Source: a virus. From it: a DNA stretch of 64,000 nucleotides. The stretch spans positions 12,034 through 76,033 of IMG/VR virus record IMGVR_UViG_3300034063_001075; one strand, written 5' to 3'. This document shows, one piece after another, positions 49,177 to 59,900 of this stretch. The translations under genes and the position numbers were made by a program. Position 1 is the first letter of the stretch. Each line of letters starts with the position of its first letter. Under the pieces are notes generated by a model that was given only the letters and a program-made list of their open reading frames with translations, made no database searches and had not been told where the DNA came from.

Positions 49177-51360
49177 TTATGGAACGGTCACACCCATGAG
49201 GACCCCGTTAGTGAAGCGCAGCGTATTGGTGACGTTGCTTGGTCGGAGAACTGTGATGTTAGTAGTAAGCCCCCCGCCGATACCTAAGTTATTCAGAGTA
49301 TTTGTTCTAACAGCGTTGTTAATAAATTCGATGCCTTTCGTGCCAACTATAGTAAAGGAGTTGCTGAACACATAAGCAACGTCAGTATTATAAACCTCAA
49401 ACACCATTCGGTCAGGACCTTGCATTCTCCAGATTCTATGATTCGTGCTTCCGATGTTAACTCCGGAAAAGAAAGGTGTATCATTCGTGCCGAGTCCTAA
49501 ATTATCTCTAGTCGTGTGTAGGACCGTGTTAGTGGACGCAAACCCGTCACCGAATACGAGAGGGACATACGTGGTAAATTCGTTGTCTCCTACTCGAAAC
49601 TTAGTGTTGTTGTTGTGGATGTAAGTCAAATCACCGCTGTTCTCTCCCGGCCACCCAAAACCATAATTAAGGGGGTTTTCAAGATACCAAGCAGAAATAG
49701 TGTGGCCGATCGAGTATTCGTTTGCGAAGTAAGTTTGAGCTACCCTCACTGTACTGACGTGAATGTCGGTAGTGCCAGTGCCGTTTGTAAGAAAGGCGGT
49801 ATACTGTGCGGGGTCTACCCACTCAGTACCGCTTTCCCACTCGTTCACGCTAAGAAGTTTGTTAGCATTCCCGCTAAGCGACGGTACTTCATCGGGTGGA
49901 ACGGGCACATCAACCCACCCAACGTCGGAGCCTACAACTCCCAGCAACTTGTTATTGTTGCCACTCAATGACGGCAATATGAGCGCACGTGCCTCTTGCA
50001 GCGTCCAGTTTGTGAGGCCGTCACCGACGTTGCCTATGATGTAAGTTTCGAACCAAGTGTCGTTTAGTGTGGTCTTAGTGAAATTACCTGCTTGGCTCGC
50101 TCCGACAATGAGGCTTCCCCCTAAGAGGTTTGTACTACCACCCACATTGACGGTAAGTTCAGGTAACGCGCCGTCTTTGTCTTTATGAACAACCTCACCC
50201 CAGTCTGTGCGGTTTGTGCCGTACTTCACTAAGAGTCGCTGTCCGTCTATTCCAAGAGAGCCTATATAGCCTGTTGGCGACCAAGGGTCTGACTGTGGGC
50301 TGATCTCGGACGGGAAAAGCCATATACCAAAACGTAAGTCCGGTTCGTCCCAGTCGTTGTCCACGACGAAAGGGGCTACTGAGCCCCCGTTGGTCCCCAA
50401 TGGAAATGGCGGGATTCGCACATGAAAACGGTGCTCGGGGGCGTTGACATTGAACCCCGCTTTGCCGTCAGCTTTTACAACAAAGCGTGTTGTAATATTT
50501 ACCTGTTCGCCGTCTTCTTCATCGTACAAGGGGACGCCAGATGACGCCTTCACCAAATAGCCGTCGTTAACTGGCGCTGTGGAGTGAGACAGGTTAACAA
50601 AGAGGCCCTTACCGGATGGGTGGGTATGCTCAAGACGGGCAGTGTGAAGCCCTCCTGTGTCCTCCTTAACGTTGAATGCGGAGCCCGCCCACAAAGGGTC
50701 GTTGATGGTTAGCCTGCCGCCGAGCACAGTGTTTCCGTTAACGTTTAGTGATTTAACCTTAGTGTCATTCAAAAAGGCCTTTGGCCCCCAATAGTACACC
50801 TCGTTCGTCGGCCACGTGCCCCAAACCAACTCGTTCGTGAGTTCCGGAGCTTTTATGCTAGCTGTATTCGGCATGAGTAGATTGTCCGAAATACGCGTGT
50901 CTCCCGCGACATGAAGCGTGTGCTGGGGAGACGAAATGTTAATGCCTACTTTCCCGTCTGCTAGGACAATGAAACGGGACACGGCGGTGTTGGTGTTGGT
51001 GTTAGCTCCCCCGTCCTTGGAAGTGGCGTGAAATAAAATCGAACCGGGGTTGTTGTTGTTAATCATCGAGACCAAAAGGCCTCTCGTTCCGACGTTCGTG
51101 TTGGTGTTATACACCAAAAGGGAATGCGGCGGGAGCCCGTATTCTTGAAAGAGCATTGATTGCGGGGACGGAGAAATGGTGACGGAATTCGTGAACTTCA
51201 ACGAGTTAAAGTTCGTGCCCATCGGCGCTACTACGGTTCCGTTGGTTGGGAAAAACGAAAGGGTACGTAGTGACGTTCCGTAGGTCCCAAATTGTGCGTG
51301 TGATAGTTGCGTTGTGGCAAACATAGCCGCTGCTCCTATGATGGCTGATGCGATTTTCAT
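49177..51360 (-). CDS. Tail-fibre-like beta-repeat protein with an apparent Sec signal peptide
   Basis: MKIASAIIGAAAMFATTQLSHA/Q; GKVGINISSPQHTLHVAG and GKAGFNVNAPEHRFHV repeats; C-terminal TLRFTNGVL. Confidence 0.7.
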   Translation of the reverse strand: MKIASAIIGAAAMFATTQLSHAQFGTYGTSLRTLSFFPTNGTVVAPMGTNFNSLKFTNSVTISPSPQSMLFQEYGLPPHSLLVYNTNTNVGTRGLLVSMINNNNPGSILFHATSKDGGANTNTNTAVSRFIVLADGKVGINISSPQHTLHVAGDTRISDNLLMPNTASIKAPELTNELVWGTWPTNEVYYWGPKAFLNDTKVKSLNVNGNTVLGGRLTINDPLWAGSAFNVKEDTGGLHTARLEHTHPSGKGLFVNLSHSTAPVNDGYLVKASSGVPLYDEEDGEQVNITTRFVVKADGKAGFNVNAPEHRFHVRIPPFPLGTNGGSVAPFVVDNDWDEPDLRFGIWLFPSEISPQSDPWSPTGYIGSLGIDGQRLLVKYGTNRTDWGEVVHKDKDGALPELTVNVGGSTNLLGGSLIVGASQAGNFTKTTLNDTWFETYIIGNVGDGLTNWTLQEARALILPSLSGNNNKLLGVVGSDVGWVDVPVPPDEVPSLSGNANKLLSVNEWESGTEWVDPAQYTAFLTNGTGTTDIHVSTVRVAQTYFANEYSIGHTISAWYLENPLNYGFGWPGENSGDLTYIHNNNTKFRVGDNEFTTYVPLVFGDGFASTNTVLHTTRDNLGLGTNDTPFFSGVNIGSTNHRIWRMQGPDRMVFEVYNTDVAYVFSNSFTIVGTKGIEFINNAVRTNTLNNLGIGGGLTTNITVLRPSNVTNTLRFTNGVLMGVTVP

Positions 51361-51569
51361 GGGTTACCTTGAGGCGGTGGGTTGGGGTTATCGGGCGCAG
51401 GTGCTAAAAGTGCCGTTCCTAGTGTTCCGTCGTTGTTAACGACTAGCTCCCATATCCCCCCGTCCTGAGCGATTAACTGAAGGGAGTTCAACGGAAAGTC
51501 TCCTAGTTCATTTGTTGAGTACAGGGAAAGACCCGCGATCCACGTGCTCGGCGCTGGATTGAATGGCAT
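51357..51569 (-). CDS. Small protein starting with the family A N-terminal motif
   Basis: MPFNPAPSTWIAG...DGGIWELVVNNDGTL. Confidence 0.55.
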   Translation of the reverse strand: MPFNPAPSTWIAGLSLYSTNELGDFPLNSLQLIAQDGGIWELVVNNDGTLGTALLAPAPDNPNPPPQGNP

Positions 51570-51572
51570 GGA

Positions 51573-51812
51573 TCACAGCACGTTGCGCCAACGCAGCATG
51601 GCAAGGCTCAATTCAATCCCCAGATTGATCCACGAATCCCCAATGTTGGAGGGCAACGCTTCTCGCATTGCCGCAAACGCCGCGTTTCTTTTCGTGGAGT
51701 TGGAAACTTTTCTCTCGCTTTGCGCGGTGACCGCAGAAACTCCAAACAGAATAAGCTCCGAGATGAGGCCCCAATTCTTCGTGATAAAGCGAATGACCGT
51801 GAAAAAGTTCAT
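51573..51812 (-). CDS. Holin-like protein
   Basis: Hydrophobic N-terminus, TKRNAAF...INLGIEL pattern. Confidence 0.45.
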   Translation of the reverse strand: MNFFTVIRFITKNWGLISELILFGVSAVTAQSERKVSNSTKRNAAFAAMREALPSNIGDSWINLGIELSLAMLRWRNVL

Positions 51813-52138
51813 TTGGCTTTGTCAGTTACCGCAGCGGCTGTTTTGACTAGCACAACCCCGTCAACTTTGAGGGATGCGCCAGCGTCGTTTAGCACAGTTT
51901 GGATTTGCTTCCCGTATGTTTTGAGAATCTTCGCCGGAAGCATGGAAACGAGTTCCGAAACCGCTAGAAATGTGAAACCCGCAACAAGCTCTGGGGTGAT
52001 GAGTTTGTCCGCGTCTGGGATATATTTAGACGCCTGAACTGAAGCGTAAGCTGCTAGCGCGGATATGAGATTGATCGCGAGCGGCCCCCCTTTAGAGAGG
52101 AACAGCCTAACAATGAGTGTTTGAATCCAGTCCTTCAT
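51809..52138 (-). CDS. Two-TM membrane protein (holin-like)
   Basis: Two hydrophobic segments; coupled. Confidence 0.5.
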   Translation of the reverse strand: MKDWIQTLIVRLFLSKGGPLAINLISALAAYASVQASKYIPDADKLITPELVAGFTFLAVSELVSMLPAKILKTYGKQIQTVLNDAGASLKVDGVVLVKTAAAVTDKAK

Positions 52139-52174
52139 TAAGTTGTAACGGAGGACCTTCGGGGTCCCACGTTG

Positions 52175-52516
52175 TTAAGCCGTCGGCTCGTTGTTCACCT
52201 CAAGGCCAGCAGCAATCGTACGAACCACGAAGGTGTAGGTATGGGTGATAGAGTTATCCGCGTTGATAACAGACGAGCGCTGAAGAGTGACTTGGGAAGG
52301 ACGATCGGCAGCAGGGGTAGCGGTCCACTTAGTATGGATGCCTTCAAGAACGGCGAAGATGATTTTGCGAATGTCGCCCGTGGCCTCGTCTGCTTCCGCG
52401 TTGGTAAGCTCAGGGAACGTGACGTCGGTCAGTGCGCCAGCAGTGTTAAAGGTACAAACGTTTCCGGTATGAGAATATCCGGTAAGCCAGTTAGAGGGTG
52501 TTTTGTCGAATGCCAT
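52175..52516 (-). CDS. Small structural protein, paralog family A
   Basis: MAFDKTPSNWLTG...FPELT..EADEATGDIRKIIFAVLE. Confidence 0.65.
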   Translation of the reverse strand: MAFDKTPSNWLTGYSHTGNVCTFNTAGALTDVTFPELTNAEADEATGDIRKIIFAVLEGIHTKWTATPAADRPSQVTLQRSSVINADNSITHTYTFVVRTIAAGLEVNNEPTA

Positions 52517-52549
52517 ATTCGGGGAAGGTATATGCAGGTCGCTGCTAGG

Positions 52550-53263
52550 TCAACGGGAAAAATCAGTGTTCAAGGAATTTTTTTTCCAACAGTTATCTGG
52601 GAACGCCATATCAGATGTTATTCCTTTGGCTAGCACGTCGAGGGGGACGTGAACTTGCGCTTGGTTGGCGCACCCGCAAATACCGCAGTTTAGAAGACCA
52701 TCATCTTTTGACGTTTTTCTCCGCCCGACTATGGAGGCGATCAACGAGATAATGCTCGTACACCCGGCACACCCGGAAGCCGGGACGTTTTGCGGACACC
52801 CGGCGCAGATGCTAGCACGTCTTTCGGCCTCTTCTTGGGAGACAAAATCTGCACGGGTCGTCATCCATTCCTTCAGAACGGCTAAGAAATTCCGCACGTC
52901 GCCCACTGTGAGGCTCCGCGTTTTGCCTTTTTCCTTAGGACTTTGGAACGGTTTACAGAACGCCTCCCCGAGATTGTTCTGCTCGCAAATTAAAGACTGA
53001 AACACCATCGGCCACATTCGGGGAATTCCTAGTCTGTTTGCGACTCGAAGTTGGGTCGCCTGTTTGAAAACCTCGTTGATATTTATGTGGTTCAAACGAA
53101 CTCCGGTGTCGGGGTCCGTATAGGTCCAACCTCCTGATGGGACGTCTGTTGTATTGAAGATCGTGAAACGCACGGGCTCGTTGTGGATAAGGTGTTGTGA
53201 AGACATTTGTTCAACTCCTTCTATCAACGGCTTGTTTCGTTGCTCGGCGCGTGGTCTCGACAT
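52550..53263 (-). CDS. Cys-rich putative metal-binding protein
   Basis: RASICAGCPQN, GCAGC, CGICGC, CWK. Confidence 0.6.
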   Translation of the reverse strand: MSRPRAEQRNKPLIEGVEQMSSQHLIHNEPVRFTIFNTTDVPSGGWTYTDPDTGVRLNHININEVFKQATQLRVANRLGIPRMWPMVFQSLICEQNNLGEAFCKPFQSPKEKGKTRSLTVGDVRNFLAVLKEWMTTRADFVSQEEAERRASICAGCPQNVPASGCAGCTSIISLIASIVGRRKTSKDDGLLNCGICGCANQAQVHVPLDVLAKGITSDMAFPDNCWKKNSLNTDFSR

Positions 53264-53369
53264 TGGCGTTCTGCTTAATCTGTTTGGGGCTTACCGCTTG
53301 TTTTACGCTTCTTATGGCCGTCCCCTTTGGACTCATGGTGTGCGTTGTTCAGATATTACGACACCTTAT

Positions 53370-53897
53370 TTAGCGCATTGCTACCGCTCTTCGCTGTTTC
53401 TCGTCAGCCATATCCCCTGCGGCTTTATAGTCTCTTTGGGATAGCCCCATCATGGGGCGCACTCCTGCTGCTCCCATCATTGCGGTTGGGTCTATACCCT
53501 TTTCAGTTGCGGCCCCTGCAATCGCTTGCCCTGTTCCCACAAGGGTTGTGGCGGGGTTTAACAGCCCGAATAAAGCACGGTTACCTACGGGCTCTTGCGC
53601 CACCTTCTCCATTGTTCTCTGTGTCTCGTTTGGGTTGGCGAGGGCGCTTGCCCCATCTGCTACCAAGTTTGCTGCCTGAACCCAAGGTGCCGCTTTACCG
53701 ACAGCCCCCGCAACTGATCCAACGTTGGGCAACGCTTTTCCAACAAAATCTTTCGCAAGACCCGCAGCCGACGTTACCGCGTCTGCTGTGTTGACAACTG
53801 TATCGATAGCGCTTGAGCCGGAACCAGCGCCACCTACGGACGCGATGTCTTGAGGCACTGTAACGGCTTTCGGAAGCATTTTCTTAATTTTGTCCAT
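53370..53897 (-). CDS. Ala/Gly-rich putative internal virion (ejection) protein
   Basis: Composition, and position directly after the giant protein. Confidence 0.55.
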   Translation of the reverse strand: MDKIKKMLPKAVTVPQDIASVGGAGSGSSAIDTVVNTADAVTSAAGLAKDFVGKALPNVGSVAGAVGKAAPWVQAANLVADGASALANPNETQRTMEKVAQEPVGNRALFGLLNPATTLVGTGQAIAGAATEKGIDPTAMMGAAGVRPMMGLSQRDYKAAGDMADEKQRRAVAMR

Positions 53898-53923
53898 AGC
53901 GTGAGTGTAATCTAATATAAGGG

Positions 53924-56900
53924 TTATTCAATCGGCACTTTCAGTCTGCCGTTCGCGATGTCTTTTTGGACTTTGGCTTTGGCGTAGGCGTTGGCATCTG
54001 GTCCGAGTTCGCTAGACAGCGCCGTCTGCACGGCATCCCTGTCTTTTTGCGCTGCTGTCGCTAGCTTGCTTGCTAGTTCGTCGGTCACGATTCGGTCTAC
54101 GTATTCGCCGCGATACTTTTGGAACGCCCTCCATACGTCTGCATATCGTCCAACGGGAATTTGGATAGTCGTGCCGTCCTTTTTCGGAAGGACAATTTCC
54201 GTCGTTTTGCTGGGGCCTGTAAGCCTTAGCCCAGCCGTAACGAGTTTGGTATCGGCCTCGTTGAGGGGGCGAGGTTCGATAACCCCAAACCTACGGGTCG
54301 TGGCCGTCCACGGGTAATCCTTGATTTCATTCCCACGGTAATCGATCGCCGCTTTGTTGTATCCGAGCGAAAGTGGGACCATCGAATACAGCCACCCTTC
54401 AGTGGTCGAGTAATCCAACTTGTTGACCATTCCATCTTCGCCCATTGCGAAAGTGCTTCGAATCCACCGGAGCATACTGGGGTTGGTATATCCGCCGACG
54501 ATTCCGGAGGTGATCTGTTTAAGCCCGGACTGGGTTTGATTGGGGTCCCCGGTAAAGATTTTGAAGAAGTTGCTAGCACCCGCAAACAGGCTCTTGCTGG
54601 TGATTGAACTAAACGCGCCCACCGCTGCCGCCCATGCACGGTCTCCCGCTGTCTTCTCTCCACCTTTTTCGTAACGGTATACGTCAGAAATTGTTCCGAA
54701 GATACTCAGTGGGAGGTTGACCAAGGGGAGGTCCGTAAAGCGGAGGCGGAGGCTTCCGAATTTCACAGTGCTCGGTTGCCACCCCGCTGCTTCCAGTTGC
54801 TGGCGCTGCGCCTTATCGGTCGGGCCTTCACCGTAGACCGCGAACCAAGGCTCCTTGCCCTCTTCTTCGTCTTCGAATCCTTTGAGGACCATCAAAGTAA
54901 GGGCGAGATACGTCAGCGAACCCGACACACCCATGAACACCTTCTCGTAGAATTCCGGCGACCCCGCTTCGATCGGGCGTTTAGTACCATTCTCGTCAAC
55001 GTCCCACCTGTAGACGCTGTCGCTAGGCAGGATTGCCGAAGGGGTTAAGCCGTAAGCTCTAAGTATTCCGACAGGGCTGAAATCCAACGCGGCGTTGAGA
55101 AGGTTCGCCAAGGTGTTCATAAAGCTGAACACAAATCGAGTTACGCCGACTCGGCGGTTCATTTCGCCAATGAGCCCACTGAGGACTTGCCCCAAGATAC
55201 CTTTGGCTTGAGCGTTGAACGTCCATCCTTCGGCTGTTCCTCTAGCTTGGCGCTTGAGGTCTGGCATCAGTTCGAACCTCCGCTGCTCCAGCAGTTCGAC
55301 CATTCGGTTTTGAATACCCACGTCCCGCAGCTTTTCTATCTGCGCTTTTCGTGCGTCGCCCTTGATGCCTGCTAGCGTCAGTTCTGACGGGTCGAAGAGG
55401 CCTGCTTTGGCTTCCTGCTCAGCTTGCCGACGGGCGTTTTGGATTGCCGATTCGGACGGGTTCAGTAGTTCTTCGAACGCCTCTTGATTCGCTTTGAGTT
55501 GTCCCGTGGAGAGGGCATATCTCAGGGCCATTCTGGATTTTACCTCACTGGCGATGGCTGCGTTCCCCGCGTCTGCGGCGACCATTACGCGCCCGACATA
55601 CTTGTGGAAAGTAAGGGCTTTCATATCCACTTTTTCGAGAACGCCGAATTCGTCCGCCTTTTCGTTACGGAACCGCGTTGAGCCCGTTGCCATTCCCTTT
55701 CGGAATGCGGTCGTTACCGCGTTTGGCATACCTTCTTCTGAGAACATTCCGAGTGCTCCGAGGTATCCAACCACCGCGTCTGCAAAGTAGAGGGACCGAT
55801 CGCCTAGCGAAGCATTCTTGTCGGCCCACGCATATCCTGCTGCGGATGATAGAGAGCGCATGAGGATGTGGAGATTGCTCATGCTGACGTTGACAAGCTG
55901 TGTCGGAACACCACTGAGAACACCCGCCTGCCAAACTGCTAGCGGAACATCCATGAAGTACAGCTTAGCCCACGCTCTGATGTCTTGTTTCTTTAACGTG
56001 TCTGTATGCTTCTTGGAAATTTGCGTCAGCAGTTGTTTGGCTGCTTCTGCCCGAGCATCCGACTTGTCCGGCATTCGTTGAATGCGGTCTGCTTCCTTTT
56101 CTACTTTGCGGGAAAATTCTTTGTCGTATTGCGGCAGCTTAAACTGCTTAGCCACAGCATTGTAGAAAGCCTCGTTGGAGAAGGTTCCCATATTCGCCAA
56201 TTCCAGAAGGTCCTGCATTGCGGAGTTCGCTACTTTCTTCTCCTTCTCCGGTGCGTTGGCCGATGCCACCGTGCGTTTGATTTCCGCTTCAATGGCCGCT
56301 TTGACGTTCCGCTTGTAGGCCACCCGAATGGCTTCTGCGACGGCTTCAGCTACCTTCGGGGAGATGTTGAACTTGCTTTGGAACAAGTTGACAAGGGTGT
56401 CCTCCGACGCTTCTTGAGAAAGAACGTGCTTTCTGATTTCGGCCCGGAAGTCATACGCATCCCTCACTACTTTCATCAAATTGTCGTCGATGAGAACGTT
56501 ACCAAGCTTCATTTCTTCGAGGGCTTCGATTTGGGCGTCTGTAAGCGGGACAGACTTGTTGTCTTCTCTCCGTTTTTCGATGTCTCTTAGAATTTTCGAT
56601 CGGGTCTCTTCGAACATTCTTTCTGCCCACGGGCGGGAAAGGATTGCTTGGGAAAGCTTGTCCAAAATCTTTTGTGCCTGCCCGTCTTTCGACTGCTGCA
56701 AAGCCATTTCCAGTTCCTCTTCGGTGAACTTTTTCTTCAGTTCTTCTTCAGTGACCCGTTTGAGTTCCTTCTTGATCGCCGTTTGAACAACGCCCCGGAT
56801 TTCGTTTGCAACGATTGCTAGCACTGGGCCAGATTGTGCTTGGTTGCTATCGGCCAACAGCAGGTTGCTTATCTTTTTCGACAAATCTTGGACGTACCGC

Positions 56901-59900
56901 TCCATGACCGGAACGCTTGCTTCAGACTTGCGGCTTCGGGTTAGTGTTTTGTCGTCATAAATCTCGTAAAGCGCCTTCAGCAACTCCATCAGAAGTTTCT
57001 TCTGCTTGACTGTCCCCTGTGACGTGTTGACAACCAACTTATTCAGCAACTCGCCGACATCCTTGAGGGCGTCATCAGACCCCGACTCAACGGCGCTCTG
57101 AACTCGGGCAAAGAGGGCTCTCATGGACGCGTCGCTTCCGATTACTTCTTTGTGAACTTTGCGGATACCACCATTCAAAGCTCGGATCGCCCCGTAAGGA
57201 TCAAGCTGGTCGGCCACCTCCTTAAACGCTCGGAGACCTTGGCCGTAAAGGGTGGCGATTTCGGAAAGGTCGTTCATCACATCCTCACGCACGTCTTTCA
57301 GATAACGAACCAATTCTAGCTTGGCGGTGCTTCCACCTTTGAACGCCTCTTCTTGTAGGGCAGTCGCGGTGTTGAACAGCTTTCTGGCAAGCTGCGCTTT
57401 CGCCAAAATGAACTGAACCATCGTCATCCCTTCCGGTGGGACAGTCCCCTTTAACTTGTCTGCCAGCGCTTCCGGGTCGGAACCTTCGTCCATCAATGAG
57501 CGGATGTACGATTCCGCGACGTAGTTGTCTTCGTCGTAGTAATCAGGGATGTAAGTTTTCTCCTTTAACCGCTTGGCAACATCGTCGTTCTGGGCGAGTA
57601 GAGCACGGAGCAAAGACCTCGTAGTCTTGCGTTCTCGGTCACCAAAAGTTTGGGGTGTTTGTGACTCGGAGAAGTTAAGAAGCCGCTTGGCTTGGTTGCG
57701 ATTGATGTTGCTAGCTTCAAGTTCCGCAAGGGCCTGCTTCTCCACCGCAGGCAGGGCTGCTAGCTCCCGTCGAACGGCATTGATGTTCTCGATTGTTTGC
57801 TGGAGTTCAGGATCGAATCCAATCTGAAGCCTTGTCTGAATCTGTTTCACCAGCTTGGCGAGGTAGTTTAGCACCGTCGAGATGAAGTCGGGGTCGTTGA
57901 AATGTCGGTAGGTGTCCTCTGTGGTCTCGCCGCTCCGCGCTTTCTGTCCGACTTGGCGAAGGTGTTCAGCGCCTAGAATCTTCAAAGCCAGACTCCGCTC
58001 GTCGGAGGTCATGTCTTCGGCTGTTCCCGCCCAGCGTTTGACAGCACTTTCGTACTCGGCGTCAGTGTTGTAGTTGCTCCTGCTGAGATACGTTTGAGCT
58101 ATTGCCTCACGTTCTGAAACCCCAAGGCGCTCGGCGATCTCTTGGATTTTTGTCCACCCGACCGCCTTGACCGTGGCGATGTGATCAACCTCTTCGTCTG
58201 CAATTTTGGTCAGAGCCGCCGTAGCCGCCGCTTGGGTGCGACCCTTGATGAGTCGATCAATATGCTCTCTGGAAATGTAGACTGTCGGTCTTCCGTTCGC
58301 GTCATGCTCGACAAACGCGGAGCTAGTTCCACCACGCAGTTTTGTAGAATCCTCAACCACTATATCCGCGTTGTCCCCGACCTGTCTCTTGACTTCCGAG
58401 ACTAGATGATCTTGGCCTTCTTTTAGCGTTAGCTGTTTGCCACTGAGAGAAGGGGGTGGGGGCTCCACGGTAGCTTCGGGTGTGGCCGAAGCGAGACGGG
58501 CTGCTTTGTCAGAATCCTGAACCTTTGTAGCAGGAGCTTTCTCAAAGAGGGCGACTACGTTGAGTCGCGAGTTAACGAAACCAGAGTATCCGGCTGCTTT
58601 AATCTTCTTTTCGTAAATAGTGTTTGCGGCTGCTTCATCGAATGGCGCGTATCCTCGTTTACGAAGTTCTTCCCGCGTTGGGAAAAGATCGTCAGGGTCC
58701 TTGTTGAAGTCGTAAATGGCGTTACCATCGACTCGGAGAGTATAGCGGCTCCTCCCGATGACTGGCTCCCTTGTGTACTTACCGTATGCCGCAAAAGTGC
58801 GGTCCACCCATTCTTTCTTGTAGTCTCGTCTACGAGCGCTTTCTTTTCCGGCTCCGTAGCTTCCGTAACTTTTGGGGTCTGTTTGTTTAAGGTTATCCCT
58901 ACCGCTCCAATGCGTAAGGTTTACCCACTTGTCTTTGAAGAGTTGGAACGTGCCTGTTTTGGCTTTGGAGAGTCCGCTTTCTCGCTCTGCGATTCCGAGT
59001 TGAATTGCTCCTTCGCTTCCGCCGCTAGCGTCTTGTCGAACCCTGCGAGCGCCCTTTCCTTGAAGCTGTTCGACGGCGTCGTTGAGGCCTTGTTTGAAAA
59101 GATCGGTGATCCCAGAATAACCCCCCGTCCTCCGAGAAAGGTTTCCCCCGGTTTTGGTTTCCGGTAGCTGATCACGTCTTTGTTGCGTTCTTGCGGTTGT
59201 AGTGTCTCGTCCATAATCGGTTTGTTTGGCTTTGTCTTTTAGGTCTTCCAGAAGTGCCGACTGGAAGCGGGTATATACAACTTCTGCTTGTATGCGGAGG
59301 TCACGTGAAGCGACCGCGACGGCATCCTCCAAGTTAAGCTGGAACTGCTTGTCGTCAATTCCTGAGAAATTCGAAAACACCAGATTTCCACCACGGCTCG
59401 AAAAACCGCTGGCTTCCGGAAATTCTTTTGCGACAACGCTGTAGAACTTCGCCAGTTCCTTTTCGGAAAGAGACTTACTGGGTTGGACTACGAAGTGCGA
59501 TGAAATGCCGTCCCCGGAGGTGACGCTTTCATCGAACACCATGACGGACTTCTGTTGGAACACCGACCCTGCTATCACGGCGAAGCGCTCCATTTCCGAA
59601 GCTGTGACTTCTGGCCCAAAGGCCACGTATACCGACGGGTTTACGGTGTTTTCGTAGCCCCCCTGTTCGAACTGAATTGTGCCCCGGAGTTCGAGGTCGC
59701 GTAGTAGTTCTGGGAGAACCTTCTCTGCTAGCGCTTGCGTCAGGTCCTTCTTTTGTGCGTCGCTCAGCTTGGACCACTTCTCAGTCTCTGCGACGTTGTC
59801 CGGGTCCGGAGCTACTTCAATGTTTACGCCCCGCTCCACACCCCCGTCGTTTCGCTCTACGGCGGTAGCCATTTCTGAAGCCACACTGAAGTTTTCCACT

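Noticed and set aside
53182-53190. Tenth DnaA box as part of the early regulon
   Set aside because: Inside a minus-strand gene, with no TGATAC at the fixed distance and no downstream start codon; may be chance
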